Source of the DNA: Mustelus asterias
Taxonomy: Eukaryota
Assembly (NCBI RefSeq): GCF_964213995.1
Contig: NW_027590217.1
Coordinates: forward strand, 62,001 to 126,000
Direction: 5' to 3'
Length of the DNA stretch: 64,000 nt
Shown here: piece after piece, positions 1 to 11,520 of the stretch
Position numbering within the stretch: position 1 is the stretch's first letter
Layout of the letters: every line of letters starts with the position of its first letter
The notes under the pieces: generated by a model
Database searches by the model: none
What the model saw: only the letters and a program-made list of their open reading frames with translations
What the model was told of the DNA's origin: nothing
Position numbers and translations under genes: made by a program

Positions 1-2515
1 ATTGTTGTTTTGGAACATTCCTGTTTTGGAACATTCCTGTTTTGGGACATTCCTGTTTTGGGACATTGCTGTTTTGGAACATTGCTGTTTTGGAACATTG
101 CTGTTTTGGGACATTGCTGTTTTGGGACATTGCTGTTTTGGAACATTCCTGTTTTGGAACATTGCTGTTTTGGGACATTGCTGTTTTGGAACATTCCTCT
201 TTTGGAACATTCCTGTTTTGGGACATTGCTGTTTTGGGACATTGCTGTTTTGCGACATTGCTGTTTTGGAACATTGCTGTTTTGCGACATTGCTGTTTTG
301 CGACATTGCTGTTTTGGGACATTGCTGTTTTGGGACATTGCTGTTTTGGGACATTGCTGTTTTGGAACATTGCTGTTTTGCGACATTGCTGTTTTGGAAC
401 ATTCCTGTTTTGGGACATTGCTGTTTTGGGACATTGCTGTTTTGGGACATTGCTGTTTTGGGACATTGCTGTTTTGGAACATTCCTGTTTTGGAACATTC
501 CTGTTTTGGGACATTGCTGTTTTGGGACATTGCTGTTTTGCGACATTGCTGTTTTGGAACATTGCTGTTTTGCGACATTGCTGTTTTGCGACATTGCTGT
601 TTTGGGACATTGCTGTTTTGGGACATTGCTGTTTTGGGACATTGTTGTTTTTGGGACATTGCTGTTTTGTGGACATTGTTGTTTTGGGGACATTGCTGTT
701 TTGGAACATTCCTGTTTTGGGACATTGCTGTTTTATGGACATTGTTGTTTTGGGGACATTGCTGTTTTGGGCACATTGCTGTTTTGGAACATTCCTGTTT
801 TGGGACATTGCTGTTTTGGGGACATTGCTGTTTTGGAACATTCCTGTTTTGCGACATTGCTGTTTTGGAACATTGCTGTTTTGGGACATTGCTGTTTTTG
901 GAACATTGTTGTTTTGGAACATTCCTGTTTTGGAACATTCCTGTTTTAGGACATTGCTGTTTTGGGACATTGCTGTTTTCGGACATTGCTGTTTTGCGAC
1001 ATTGCTGTTTTGGAACATTGCTGTTTTGCGACATTGCTGTTTTGGAACATTGCTGTTTTGCGACATTGCTGTTTTGGGACATTGCTGTTTTGGAACATTC
1101 CTGTTTTGGAACATTCCTGTTTTGGGACATTGCTGTTTTGGAACATTGCTGTTTTGCGACATTGCTGTTTTGCGACATTGCTGTTTTGGAACATTCCTGT
1201 TCTGGGACATTGCTGTTTTGGGAACATTGCTGTTTTGGGACATTGCTGTTGGGAACATTGCTGTTTTGGGACATTGCTGTTTTGGGACATTGCTGTTTTG
1301 GGACATTGTTGTTTTTGGGACATTGCTGTTTTGGGGACATTGCTGTTTTGGAACATTCCTGTTTTGGGACATTGCTGTTTTATGGACATTGTTGTTTTGG
1401 GGACATTGCTGTTTTGTGGACATTGTTGTTTTGGGGACATTGCTGTTTTGGAACATTCCTGTTTTAGGACATTGCTGTTTTGGAACATTGCTGTTTGGGA
1501 CATTGCTGTTTTGGGACATTGCTGTTTTTGGGACATTGCTGTTTTTGGGACATTGCTGTTTGGAACATTGCTCTTTGGGACATTGCTGTTTTAGGACATT
1601 GCTGTTTTTGGGACATTGCTGTTTGGAACATTGCTCTTTGGGACATTGCTGTTTTGGGGACATTGCTGTTTTTGGACATTGCTGTTTTTGGAACATTGCT
1701 GTTTTGGGACATTGCTGTTTTGGGACATTGCTGTTTTGGGATGTTCCTGTTTTAGGACATTGCTGTTTTGGAACATTCCTGTTTTGGAACATTGCAGTTT
1801 GGGACATTGCTGTTTTGGGACATTGCTGTTTTGGGATATTGCTGTTTTGGGGACATTCCTGTTTGGAACATTGCTCTTTGGGACATTGCTGTTTTGGAAC
1901 ATTGTTGTTTTTGGGGACATTGCTGTTTTGGGACATTGCTGTTTTGGGACATTGCTGTTTTGGGACATTGCTGTTTTGGGACATTGCTGTTTTGGGACAT
2001 TGCTGTTTTGGGACATTGCTGTTTTGAGACATTGCTGTTTTGGGACATTGCTGTTTGGGACATTGCTGTTTTGGGATATTGCTGTTTTTGGGACATTCCT
2101 GTTTGGAACATTGCTCTTTGGGACATTGCTGTTTTGGAACATTGTTGTTTTTGGGGACATTGCTGTTTTGGGACATTGCTGTTTTGGGACATTGCTGTTT
2201 TGGGACATTGCTGTTTTGGGACATTGCTGTTTTGGGACATTGCTGTTTTCAGACATTGCTGTTTTGGGACATTGCTGTTTGGGACATTGCTGTTTTGGGA
2301 CATTGCTGTTTGGGACATTGCTGTTTTGGGACATTGCTGTTTGGGACATTGCTGTTTTGGGGACATTGCTGTTTTGGGACATTGCTGTTTTGGGACATTG
2401 CTGTTTTGAGACATTGCTGTTTTGGGACATTGCTGTTTGGGACATTGCTGTTTTTGGGACATTGCTGTTTTGGGACATTGCTGTTTTGGGACATTGCTGT
2501 TTTTTGGACATTCCT
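1..2515. repeat. Tandem satellite, 16-bp unit (consensus GGGACATTGCTGTTTT), runs off the window start
   Basis: Unit repeats directly with variants GGAACATTCCTGTTTT and GCGACATTGCTGTTTT. The 16-aa periodic ORFs (GTLLFWDIAVLGHCCF) equal three units. Confidence 0.97.
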
Positions 2516-3344
2516 GTGTGCCATTGTCTCCTCTCTTGGTTACATTATAACAGTCACACTGAGGCTGTAAAGTGCTCTGGGAGGTACTGAGTTTGTGAAA
2601 TGAACTCTGTCGATGCAGGTTCGTGTGAGCACAGGTGAACTTTGGTTCCAGTTAGAATCCTAGAACCTTCCAGCACAGAAGGAGGCCATTCAGCCCATTG
2701 TGCCTGTACTGGTTCTTTGACAGAGCAGCCATGCTTCGTCCCACACTCCTGCTTTTTGTCTGTAATCCTGTAACTTCCTCCTCCTCAGAGATCTGTCTCA
2801 CTCCTTTTTAAAATCGGATCAGCTTCCTCCATCTTGTCACGAGACCATTCCAGAGTCCAACAACTCTCTGAGTGAAAACAATTCTCCTCATTCCCCCTTT
2901 CCCATCCTTTGTCAATGATTTTAAATCAAGTTATTGACCAACTCACCAGAGGAATAATTTGTCTCGATCTATCCTATCAAAATCACACACCATCTATTCA
3001 GTAACCTCTTAACCTTCTCTGTTCCAACAACAACAACCTGTATCTCTCGAGCATCTTTAACACAGTAAAACATCCCACATGCTTCACTGGAGCACGATAA
3101 AACAAAATTTAACACAAGCCACATGAGGAGATACTCAGACAGATGGTCAAATGCTCGGTCAAAGGGTTATGATTAAAGAGAATCTTAAAGGAGGGGAGAG
3201 AGGTTGAGAGATTTGAGGAGGGAATTCTGGAGTTTCCAAAAGAAACAGACCAAACATTTCAGGCTTCTCCTCATAACTGAAGCCCGTCATCCCTGATAAC
3301 ATCCTGGTAAAATCCTCCTCTGTCTCCTTTCTGAGGTGAAGTTA

Positions 3345-3631
3345 AAAAGTAAAATTTATTTATTAGTCACAAGTAAGGCTTACATTAACACTCCAATGAA
3401 GTTACTGTGAAATTTCCTTAGTCGCCGCAGTCCGGCACCTGTTCGGGTCAATGTACCCTAACCAGCATCTCTTTCAGACTGTGGGAGGAAACCAGAGCAC
3501 CCGGCGTAAACCCACGCAGACACGGGGAGAATGTGCAAACTCCACACAGACACTGACCCAAGCCGGGAATCGAACCCGGGTCCCTGGCACTGTGAAACAG
3601 CAGTGCTAACCACAGTGCCACCGTGCCACCC
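3345..3631 (-). mobile_element. tRNA-derived V-SINE (HE1-like core, alternative tail)
   Basis: Reverse complement of GGTGGCAC..GTGGTTAGCACTGCTG..TCACAG..GGTTCGATTCCCGG plus the core GCACATTCTCCCCGTGTCTGCGTGGGTTT. Many copies occur in the window. Confidence 0.85.
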
Positions 3632-4576
3632 AAGGTATTCACATCTTCCCTGAAATGTGGTGCGCAGAATTGTGTTTCTTGCATCAGTTGGCTGCCCATC
3701 TGACTGAGGAGCTTCTGTTTCCCAAATCCTCTCTTAGTGTCTGTGTCCTGTTCCTGAAAACTCTGCGTCAAAAGACCTGCCTCTCTCAGACTGACCGCTG
3801 AACACGATGGTGACAGGAGTCTTTCCCAATACCCGGACAAATGTCACGTTTATTGTCTAGATCCTGGGAAAGAAAGTATATAATCCACCTTCCATCCAGC
3901 CATCTCTGTTTTTTCATTCATTCTCAGGCTGGGGATGGTGCTGGAAAACACAGCATTTATTGTATTTATTGGCTGGTGATGAGAAGGGCCACTCCCATCA
4001 AATCCTTCCTGTCTGTCCAGAATCTCACAGTCTCAGCACACTGCCTTCCAGATCCCAGTTAGGAAGAAGGATTCTAGGGAGGAGACAAGTCAACCATTGT
4101 TAACCAAGGAAGTTAAGGACAGTATTAAACTGAAATGAAAAAACACACAACGTGGCAAAGATTAGTGATAACCAGAGGATTGGGAAAGTTTTAAAAAGCA
4201 ACAAAAGATGACCAAAAACAATGAAGAGGGAGATGGTAAACTATCAGAGTAAACGAGCAAATAATATAAAAATGGACAGTCAGAACGTCTTTAAATATAT
4301 AAAAAGGAAGAAAGAGGCCAAAGTGAGCATCAGTCCCTTAAAAATAAACTGGGGAAATAATAATGGGGAACTAGAAAACGGCAGAGGAGTTAAATAAATG
4401 TTTTAACTCAATCAGTCTTCACCGTCCAAAAATACTAAATACTCAAGGGGCAAAACAGGGCAGGAAATTAATACAATAACCATCACCAGAGACAAAGTAC
4501 GAAGGAAACTAATGGTGCTAAAGGCTGATAAGTTTCTTGGACCTGATGGGTCGCATCCCAGGATATTAAAGGAAAT

Positions 4577-5349
4577 TCTGGTCACCCGATTATAGAAAGG
4601 ATATTATTAAACTAGAAAGAGCGCAGAAAAGATTTACTCGGATGCTACCGGGACTTGAGGGATTGAGTTATAAGGAGAGGCTGGATAGACTGGGACTTTT
4701 TTCTCTGGAGCGTAGGAGGTTGAGGGGTGATCTTATAGAGGTCTATAAAATAATGAGGGGCACAGATCAGCTAGATAGTCAATATCTTTTCCCAAAGGTA
4801 GGGGAGTCTAAAACTAGAGGGCAGAGGTTTAAGGTGAGAGGGGCGAGATACAGAAGGGTCCAGAGGGGCAATTTTTTCACACCGAGGGTGGTGAGTGTCT
4901 GGAACAAGCTGCCAGAGGTAGTAGGAGAGGTGGGTACAATTTTGTCTTTTAAAAAGCGTTTAGACAGTTACATGGGTGATGCACTATCAATCAAGCAAAG
5001 ACTAGTTTGTACGTCAGAACAAATAGGCTTTTATTAGCAAAAGACTTGGAGCACACCCATGCCGATGAACTGGTCCAGAGACTGAGGCAGGGGGTGGGGA
5101 GCAGTCACCTTCATACCTGGACCAAAGGGGAGGAGTCCCAGGCCGGGCCGGCAGGGGCATGTGCAGGCATGTCACACACACACAGGCAATAAGCTAACAG
5201 TGGTTTACCACAATGGGTAAGATGGGTATAGAGGGATATGGGCCAAATGTGGGCAATTGGGACTAGCTTAGGGGTTCAACAAAAAGGGCAGCATGGACAA
5301 GTTGGGCCGAAGGGCCTGTTTCCATGCTGTAAACCCCTATGACTCTATG
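4577..5349 (+). mobile_element. CR1-type LINE 3' fragment, nested in an older degraded CR1 (about 4070-5455)
   Basis: ORF 4642-5037 carries LGLFSLERRRLRGDLIEVYKIM, a CR1 ORF2 C-terminal motif, followed by the typical 3' tail. Confidence 0.9.
4977..5212 (-). mobile_element. Solo LTR (236 bp)
   Basis: TG...CA termini. Perfect 5-bp TSD ATGGG at 4972-4976 and 5213-5217. Minus-strand AATAAA at 5030-5035. It interrupts an otherwise contiguous CR1. Confidence 0.8.
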
Positions 5350-5453
5350 GAAGTGCTACAGAGATAATGGATGTACTGGCAGTAATCTTCCAAGAATCCT
5401 TAAATTTGGAAAGGTCCAAGAGGATTGGAAAACTGCCAATGTAACATCTTTAT

Positions 5454-7480
5454 TCAGGGAGATATCTGTACAATGACTGGTGTCTCTCAGTGCCCTTTCT
5501 CTCTCAGGGAGATATCTGTACACTGACTGGTTTCTCTCAGTCCCCCCTCTCTCTCAGGGAGGTATCTGTACACTGACTGGTGTCTCTCAGTCCCCCCTCC
5601 TTCTCAGGGAGATATCTGTACACTGACTGGTGTCTCTCAGCCCCCTCTCTCTCAGGGAGGTATCTGTACACTGACTGGTTTCTCTCAGTCCCCCCTCCTT
5701 CTCAGGGAGATATCTGTACACTGACTGGTGTCTCTCAGCCCCCTCTCTCTCAGGGAGGTATCTGTACACTGACTGGTTTCTCTCAGTCCCCCCTCCTTCT
5801 CAGGGAGATATCTGTACACTGACTGGTGTCTCTCAGTCCCCTCTCCCTCTCAGGGAGATATCTGTACACTGACTGGTGTCTCTCAGTCCCCCCTCTCTCT
5901 CTCAGGGAGATATCTGTACACTGACTGGTGTCTCTCAGTCCCCTCTCTCTCTCAGGGAGATATCTGTACACTGACTGGTGTCTCTCAGTCTCCCCTCTCT
6001 CTCTCTCTCTCAGGGAGGTATCCGTACACTGACTGGTGTCTCTCAGTCCCCTCTCTCTCAGGGGGAGATCTGTACACTGACTGGTGTCTCTCAGTACCCG
6101 CCCCCCCCCCTCTCTCTCTCTCAGGGAGATATCTGTACAGTGACTGTGTCTCTTAGTCCCCTCTTTGTCAGGGAGATATCTGTATACTGACTGGTGTCTC
6201 TCAGTCCCCTCTCTCTCAGGGAGATATCTGTACACTGACTGGTGTCTCTCAGTCCCCTCTCTCTCAGGGAGATATCTGTACACTGACTGGTGTCTCTCAG
6301 TCCCCTCTCTCTCTCAGGGAGATATCTGTCCACTGACTGGTGTCATTCAGTCCCTCTCTCAGGGAGATATCTGTATCGACAGAATAGCCAATGTTGTTCC
6401 TTTGTTTAAGAAGGGCAGCAAAAGTAATCCAGGTAATTACAGGCCAGTGAGCTTTACGTCAGTGGTAGGGATATTATTGGAGGGGATTCTTTGAGACAGG
6501 ATTTACTCCCACTTGGAAATAAGTGGACGTATTAGTGAGAGGCAACATGGTTTTGTGAAGGGGAGGTCGTGTCTCACGAACTTGATTGAGTTTTTTGAGG
6601 AAGTGACGAAGATGATTGATGAGGGTAGGGCAGTGGATGTTGTCTACATGGACTTCAGTAAGGCCTTTGACAAGGTCCCTCATGGCAGACTGGTGTTTCT
6701 CAGTCCTCTCTCTCTGGGAGATATCTGTCCACTGACTGGTGTCTCTCAGTCCCCTCTCTCTCAGAGAGATCTGTAGACGGACTGGTGTCTCTCAGGCAGA
6801 TTCTGTCCACTGACTGGTGTCTCTCAGTCCCCTCTCAGGGAGATATCTGTACACGGACTGGTGTCTCTCAGTCCCCTCTCTCTCAGGGAGATATCTGTAC
6901 ACGGACTGGTGTCTCTCAGTCCCCTCTCTCTCAGGGAGATATCTGTACACGGACTGGTGTCTCTCAGTCCCCCCTCTCTCTCAGGGAGATATCTGTACAC
7001 TGACTGGTGTCTCTCAGTCCTCTCTCTCTCTCAGGGAGATATCTGTACACTGACTGGTGTCTCTCAGTCCTCTCTCTCTCAGGGAGATATCTGTACACTG
7101 ATTGGGGTCTCTCAGTTCCCTTACTCTCTCATGGAGATATCTGTACACTGACTGGTGTCTCTCAGTCCCCTCTCTCTCTCTGGGAGATATCTGTACACTG
7201 ACTGGTATTTCTCAGTCCCCTCTCTCTCAGGGAGATATCTGTACAGTGACTGGTGTCTCTCAGTCCCCTCTCTCTCTCAGGGAGATATCTGTACAGTGAC
7301 TGGTGTCTCTTAGTCCCCTCTCTCTCTCTGGGAGATATCTGTACACTGACTGGTATTTCTCAGTCCCCTCTCTCTCAGGGAGATATCTGTACAGTGACTG
7401 GTGTCTCTTAGTCCCCTCTTTGTCAGGGAGATATCTGTACACTGACTGTCTCTCAGTCCCTATCTCAGGTAGAGATATAT
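5454..7480. repeat. Tandem satellite, ~46-52 bp unit (CAGGGAGATATCTGTACACTGACTGGTGTCTCTCAGTCCCCTCTCTCT)
   Basis: Direct repetition with a variable C/CT tract. Ends about 320 bp before the leader ATG. Confidence 0.95.
6381..6694 (+). mobile_element. Internal CR1 RT fragment inside the satellite
   Basis: Encodes IANVVPLFKKG..PGNYRPVS and QHGFVKGRSCLTNLIEFFEEV..YMDFSKAFDKVPHG. Confidence 0.9.
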
Positions 7481-7629
7481 AAGTGCAGTCTCACAGGTTA
7501 TCGGATCTACTCAAACTGTTTAACTTTGAAATAGATAGTAGAAAGTGTGACTAGATCTTGAATCTTATTATTGTTGCTGATCTGCCGCCTGTTGGATCAG
7601 TAAATAACTTGTTGAGGATTGAAATCTCT

Positions 7630-7725
7630 GCTGGAGGCGGGGACAGGAAGCTTCTGGTTTCAGTGGGTGGAGCTGCAGTTTGAGCTGTGGGACCCTCACT
7701 CACTCCACTTCCCTATTTAAACAGC
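7630..7725 (+). promoter_or_regulatory. Putative V-gene promoter
   Basis: TATTTAAA at 7714-7721, 80 bp before the ATG. GC-box-like GAGGCGGGG at 7634-7642. Ets-like CAGGAAG at 7644-7650. No octamer seen. Confidence 0.55.
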
Positions 7726-7800
7726 ACTGACTCCAGCTCCAAACAAAGTGGCTGTGAAGCAGCCGGTTTCTGGAGTGTCTGTGTCTGAATACACAGGACG

Positions 7801-7846
7801 ATGGGGACTGCTCCTTATCTCTGTGTCCTTCTGTTCTGTCTGACAG
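7801..7846 (+). CDS. IgW: IgW heavy chain leader exon (MGTAPYLCVLLFCLT-G)
   Basis: ATG, hydrophobic signal peptide, phase-1 donor G|GTGAGA. A 119-bp intron leads in frame to the V exon. Confidence 0.93.
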
Positions 7847-7965
7847 GTGAGAGGTGCCGGGGCTTTGTCCCCACACAGTCTGATTATTCAGGGATTCTTC
7901 GATCATCTGTTTATCCAACGGGGTTTACGAAAGTCAACTCTCTTCTTTCTCTCTTTTATTAACAG

Positions 7966-8265
7966 GTGTCCGGTCTGATATCGTGCTGACCCAGCCCGAG
8001 TCCGTTGTGAAAAAGCCGGGGCAGTCAGTCAAACTGTCCTGTGCAGTCAGTGGGTTCGATATCAGCAGCTATGACATAAGCTGGGTGAAACAGGTCCCTG
8101 GGAAAGGGCTGGAGTGGTTACTGTCCTATCGTTCAGAAGGCAGCAAGTATTTCGCGTCTGGAATTGAAGGTCGATTTACCTCTTCTGCTGTCAGCACCAT
8201 CTCTTACATAGAAATCACCAGTCTGAGAGTGGATGACACCGCCATCTATTACTGTGCGAGACATG
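7966..8265 (+). CDS. IgW: Germline IgW VH exon (GVRS-DIVLTQPES...YYCAR)
   Basis: Pyrimidine tract and ACAG acceptor. Open frame with Cys22, WVKQVPGKGLEW and DTAIYYCAR. Followed directly by an RSS. Confidence 0.97.
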
Positions 8266-8304
8266 CACAGTGAGAGGAAGCAGGGCTGGATTGGTACAAA
8301 AACT
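8266..8304 (+). other. V 23-RSS
   Basis: CACAGTG (8266-8272), 23 bp spacer, ACAAAAACT (8296-8304). Confidence 0.97.
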
Positions 8305-8433
8305 CAGAGAGACAATCTGCAGTCAGTGGAAGGAGCGAAAGGGGAGGAATGATCGCTCACCCTCAGTTATCAGCACGGATTTATTCCCGTCCTCGCCGTG
8401 CTGGGATCCGCCGCCCCTGGAACCGGGAGATGT

Positions 8434-8766
8434 GGGCGGCACGGTGGCACAGCGGGTTAGCACTGCTGCTGCTTCACAGCGCCAGGGGCCCAGGTTCGAT
8501 TCCCGGCTTGGGTCACTGCCTGTGCAGAGTCTGCACGTTCTCCCCGTGTCTGCGTGGGTTTCCTCCGGGTGCTCCGGTTTCCTCCCACAGTCCGAAGATG
8601 TGCGGGTTAGGGGGATTGGCCGTGCTAAATTGCCCCTTCGTGTCAGGGGGATTAGCAGGATAAATATGTGGGGCGAAGGGGATAGGACCTGGGCGGGATT
8701 GTTGTTGGTGCAGGATCGATGGCCAAATGGCCTCCTTCTGCACTGTCGGGATTCGAGGATTCCATG
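8434..8766 (+). mobile_element. HE1-like V-SINE between V and D1
   Basis: tRNA-like head (TGGCACAGCGG...GGTTCGATTCC), V-SINE core, CR1-like tail (GGCCAAATGGCCTCCTTCTGCACTG). Confidence 0.88.
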
Positions 8767-8980
8767 ACTATTATCTGGGAATTCCTGGGCTGCTGATGTG
8801 ATGGGAAACCTGGGAGCTCACAGCAACTTGGGACACATCTAAAAAATCTCTCTAATAACTGAGACGTCACAGCTCAAACCAGCGTCAGTGTGAATCAGAG
8901 AACAGGATTGTTCACTTGTTGCAGTGTGGGTGTGGATTCAATGTGAAGTGACTGGATTCAGTGACAGTGAAAGGGGTGGA

Positions 8981-9070
8981 GGTTAATGTACAGCTGTGTA
9001 TCACAGTGTCTCTTTTGAAATGGATGGGTTGGCACAGTGAGAGAGATGGGGGAATCCTCCATCAAGAACT
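8981..9070 (+). other. D1 segment (coding 9009-9032, 24 nt) with 5' 12-RSS and 3' 22-RSS
   Basis: GGTTAATGT-12-CACAGTG | TCTCTTTTGAAATGGATGGGTTGG | CACAGTG-22-TCAAGAACT. Confidence 0.9.
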
Positions 9071-9408
9071 TACCACAGGAAAGATATTTAAACTGGAGCT
9101 TTCGGGTGATATTACCGACCTTTATCTCATGGCCCGTGGATATAAATGAGATCCTGATTCAATAATCTGGGTGTGTGAACAACTTTCTTTGGAGATATTA
9201 TTGGAAAGGGGAAAGAACAGTGAGTTACAGCGAGAGGTTGCAGAGCAATGAAAACTCCTTGTGGATCATCTCATCTTCCTGTAAAGTCCTGAAAGACCCC
9301 GAGTTTGACACCTGGTGTGTGGGGGACACACGGATACAGACTGAGGAGTTAATAAAGCTTCTGGCTGCTTGTCTGGTCATTTTATTTTGGGCTGGATCTT
9401 ATACCCGT

Positions 9409-9471
9409 GGTTTATGGCCTGGGGTGAAGCACTGTGATACGACCACAGCGATAGAGAGCTTGACACAAACT
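9409..9471 (+). other. D2 segment (coding 9437-9443, ATACGAC) with 12/12 RSSs
   Basis: GGTTTATGG-12-CACTGTG | ATACGAC | CACAGCG-12-ACACAAACT. Confidence 0.9.
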
Positions 9472-9811
9472 CCCCCCGGTACAAATGACCGCGTGTATCA
9501 GAGTCTGTGTCCATGGATTCCACATTCCTGTTTCCCCAGAGTGAAATATCTCAGCACTGACTCGGATTGTCGGAAGAAAATGTGGATTTCTGGGAAAATA
9601 AAAGACAAAAAGGAGGCGATCCTGTTTCTCGGTAAAACGCAGGAGCTGGTGTTCGCAGACAGCAAAACTGCAAAAATATTTCATTTATTCATACATTTGG
9701 AACAGGATTAGGATGGAGTTTCAGAGCCAAATACAGCAAACTGCTGCTCCGGGTTAAAACATGGTTTAAGTTTACATTACCCTGAGATTATTACATATTG
9801 TGGACAAGTTC

Positions 9812-9850
9812 AGTTCTTGTATTGGGTGAATGAGGAGACAGAGCACAGTG
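9812..9850 (-). other. J 23-RSS
   Basis: On the + strand: AGTTCTTGT (9812-9820), 23 bp spacer, CACAGTG (9844-9850). Confidence 0.93.
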
Positions 9851-9898
9851 ACTATCTTGACTACTGGGGGAGCGGAACCTTCGTGGAAGTGACTTCAG
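9851..9898 (+). CDS. IgW: JH segment (YLDYWGSGTFVEVTS)
   Basis: WGxG motif and phase-1 donor CAG|GTAAGA. Confidence 0.96.
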
Positions 9899-10832
9899 GT
9901 AAGACAAACTTCTCAATTCCTTCCTTATCGAATGTTTATTTTCTTTAATTTGTGTTATTAGTGAATTTGATTGTTCAGTTGTAATGTGTGATTTACCTGA
10001 AATCAGTGAGATATTTCGAACAATGAAATGATTCTCTCTGAGAGAGCTGGATTACTGTCGAGACAAGAACATACCCAGTAATTGGAGCTGAAATCTGATA
10101 ACTGGATTTACTCTCAAGGGTTAAAGTTTAACTCCACAGAATCGATTCTCAGAATCGAATAACGATTCCCGGATCTGTTCAGTGTGTTCTGCTTGATTCA
10201 GATTATAGTTTTCAGGACATTATGTTGGGGCAGGTTTGGTGATTTTGGATTTTCGGATATTTGCAGGTTGGGTTAGGATTTTGTTCTAATCTGAGTTCAA
10301 ATATTTCATACAATTGTCTCATGATTTAATTGTTGGTGTCAGAGTGGTTTTAAATGTTATTTATTGCAGTTCAAACATTGCTGGAACAGTTTTTAGGTGT
10401 ATAAAGAATGAGTTCTATGTTTCACTTGATAATTTAGTGATTGTGGAGGGGAAATGGTTCACACAGAGTGGGAAACAGGGACTTGTGTTTATAAAAAATA
10501 CCTCATTCCAACAAGCTCAGCATAAAGCAGTGAGCTGTCCAGACAGACAGGAATCAGACTGCGTGTGGAATAGGATTGTCTTATTGAGACAGGATGTGAT
10601 TTGTGCTTTGACAATAACTGTTAAACTGTCTGTGATTTACAAACACCCAATTGAGAGTTGAAATCATCTTTTGCCTCTGAAACCACAGGTCAGAGAGAAC
10701 CTACATTGAGAACTGGAGAGGGTTTGTGTGGGAGAAACTGTTCCTGGGCACACACAGTAATGGGGCTGTTAATTGTTAATTTATTGGATCTGTTTTTTAT
10801 CATCAGTTTTCTAATATTTACAATTATTGGAT

Positions 10833-11520
10833 TAGATTTGATTTGATTTATTATTGTCACATGTATTAACATACAGTGAAAAGTATTGTTTCTTGCCCGA
10901 TATACAGAGAAAGCATACCGTTCATAGAGAAGGAAAGGAGAGAGTGCAGAATGTAGTGTTACAGTCATAGCTCGGGTGCAGAGAAAGATCAACTTAATGC
11001 GAGGCAGGTCCATTCAAAAGTCTGACAGCAGCAGGGAAGAAGCTGTTCTTGAGTCGGTTGGGACGTGACCTCAGAGTTTTGTATCTTTTTCCCGACGGAA
11101 GAAGGTGGAAGAGAGAATGTCCGGGGTGCGTGGGGGGTCCTTAATTATGCTGACTGCTTTTCCCCGAGGCAGCGGGAAGTGTAGACAGAGTCAATGGATG
11201 GGAGGCTGGTTTGCGTGATGGATTGGGCTACATTCATGACCTTTTGTAGTTCCTTGCGGTCTTGGGCAGAGCAGGAGCCCCAGACCAAGCTGTGATACAA
11301 CCAGAAAGAATGCTTTCTATGGTGCATCTGTAAAAGTTGGTGAGAGTCGTAGCTGACATGCCAAATTTCCTTCATCTTCTGAGAAAGTAGAGGCGTTGGT
11401 GGGGCTTTCTTAACTATAGTGTCGGCATGGGGGGACCAGGACAGGTTGTTGGTGATCTGGACACCTAAAAACTTGAAGCTCTCAACCCTTTCTACTTCAT
11501 CCCCGTTGATGTAGACAGAA
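10833..11520 (-). mobile_element. Rex1/Babar-like LINE 3' fragment (further copies at about 16005-16780, 22690-23260, 42165-42680)
   Basis: The sister copy encodes HPGHSLFHLLPSGKRYKSLRTRTNRLKNSFFPAAVRLLN. The (ATCAA)n tail appears as GATTT repeats on the + strand. Confidence 0.8.

Noticed and set aside
1-2590. Long Cys-rich ORFs (up to 661 aa) in several frames on both strands
   Set aside because: They arise from a stop-free 16-bp tandem repeat and show no coding signature.
5454-7480. CRISPR-like regular repeat array (also 47880-58200)
   Set aside because: Units are head-to-tail with no unique spacers, there are no cas genes, and the context is vertebrate.
8434-8510. tRNA-like sequences (GGTTCGATTCC), here and elsewhere
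   Set aside because: They are SINE heads followed by SINE bodies, not tRNA genes.
9175-9711. 178-aa ORF spanning D2
   Set aside because: It has no recognisable domain and crosses RSSs in DNA that is deleted on rearrangement, so it is likely a chance ORF.
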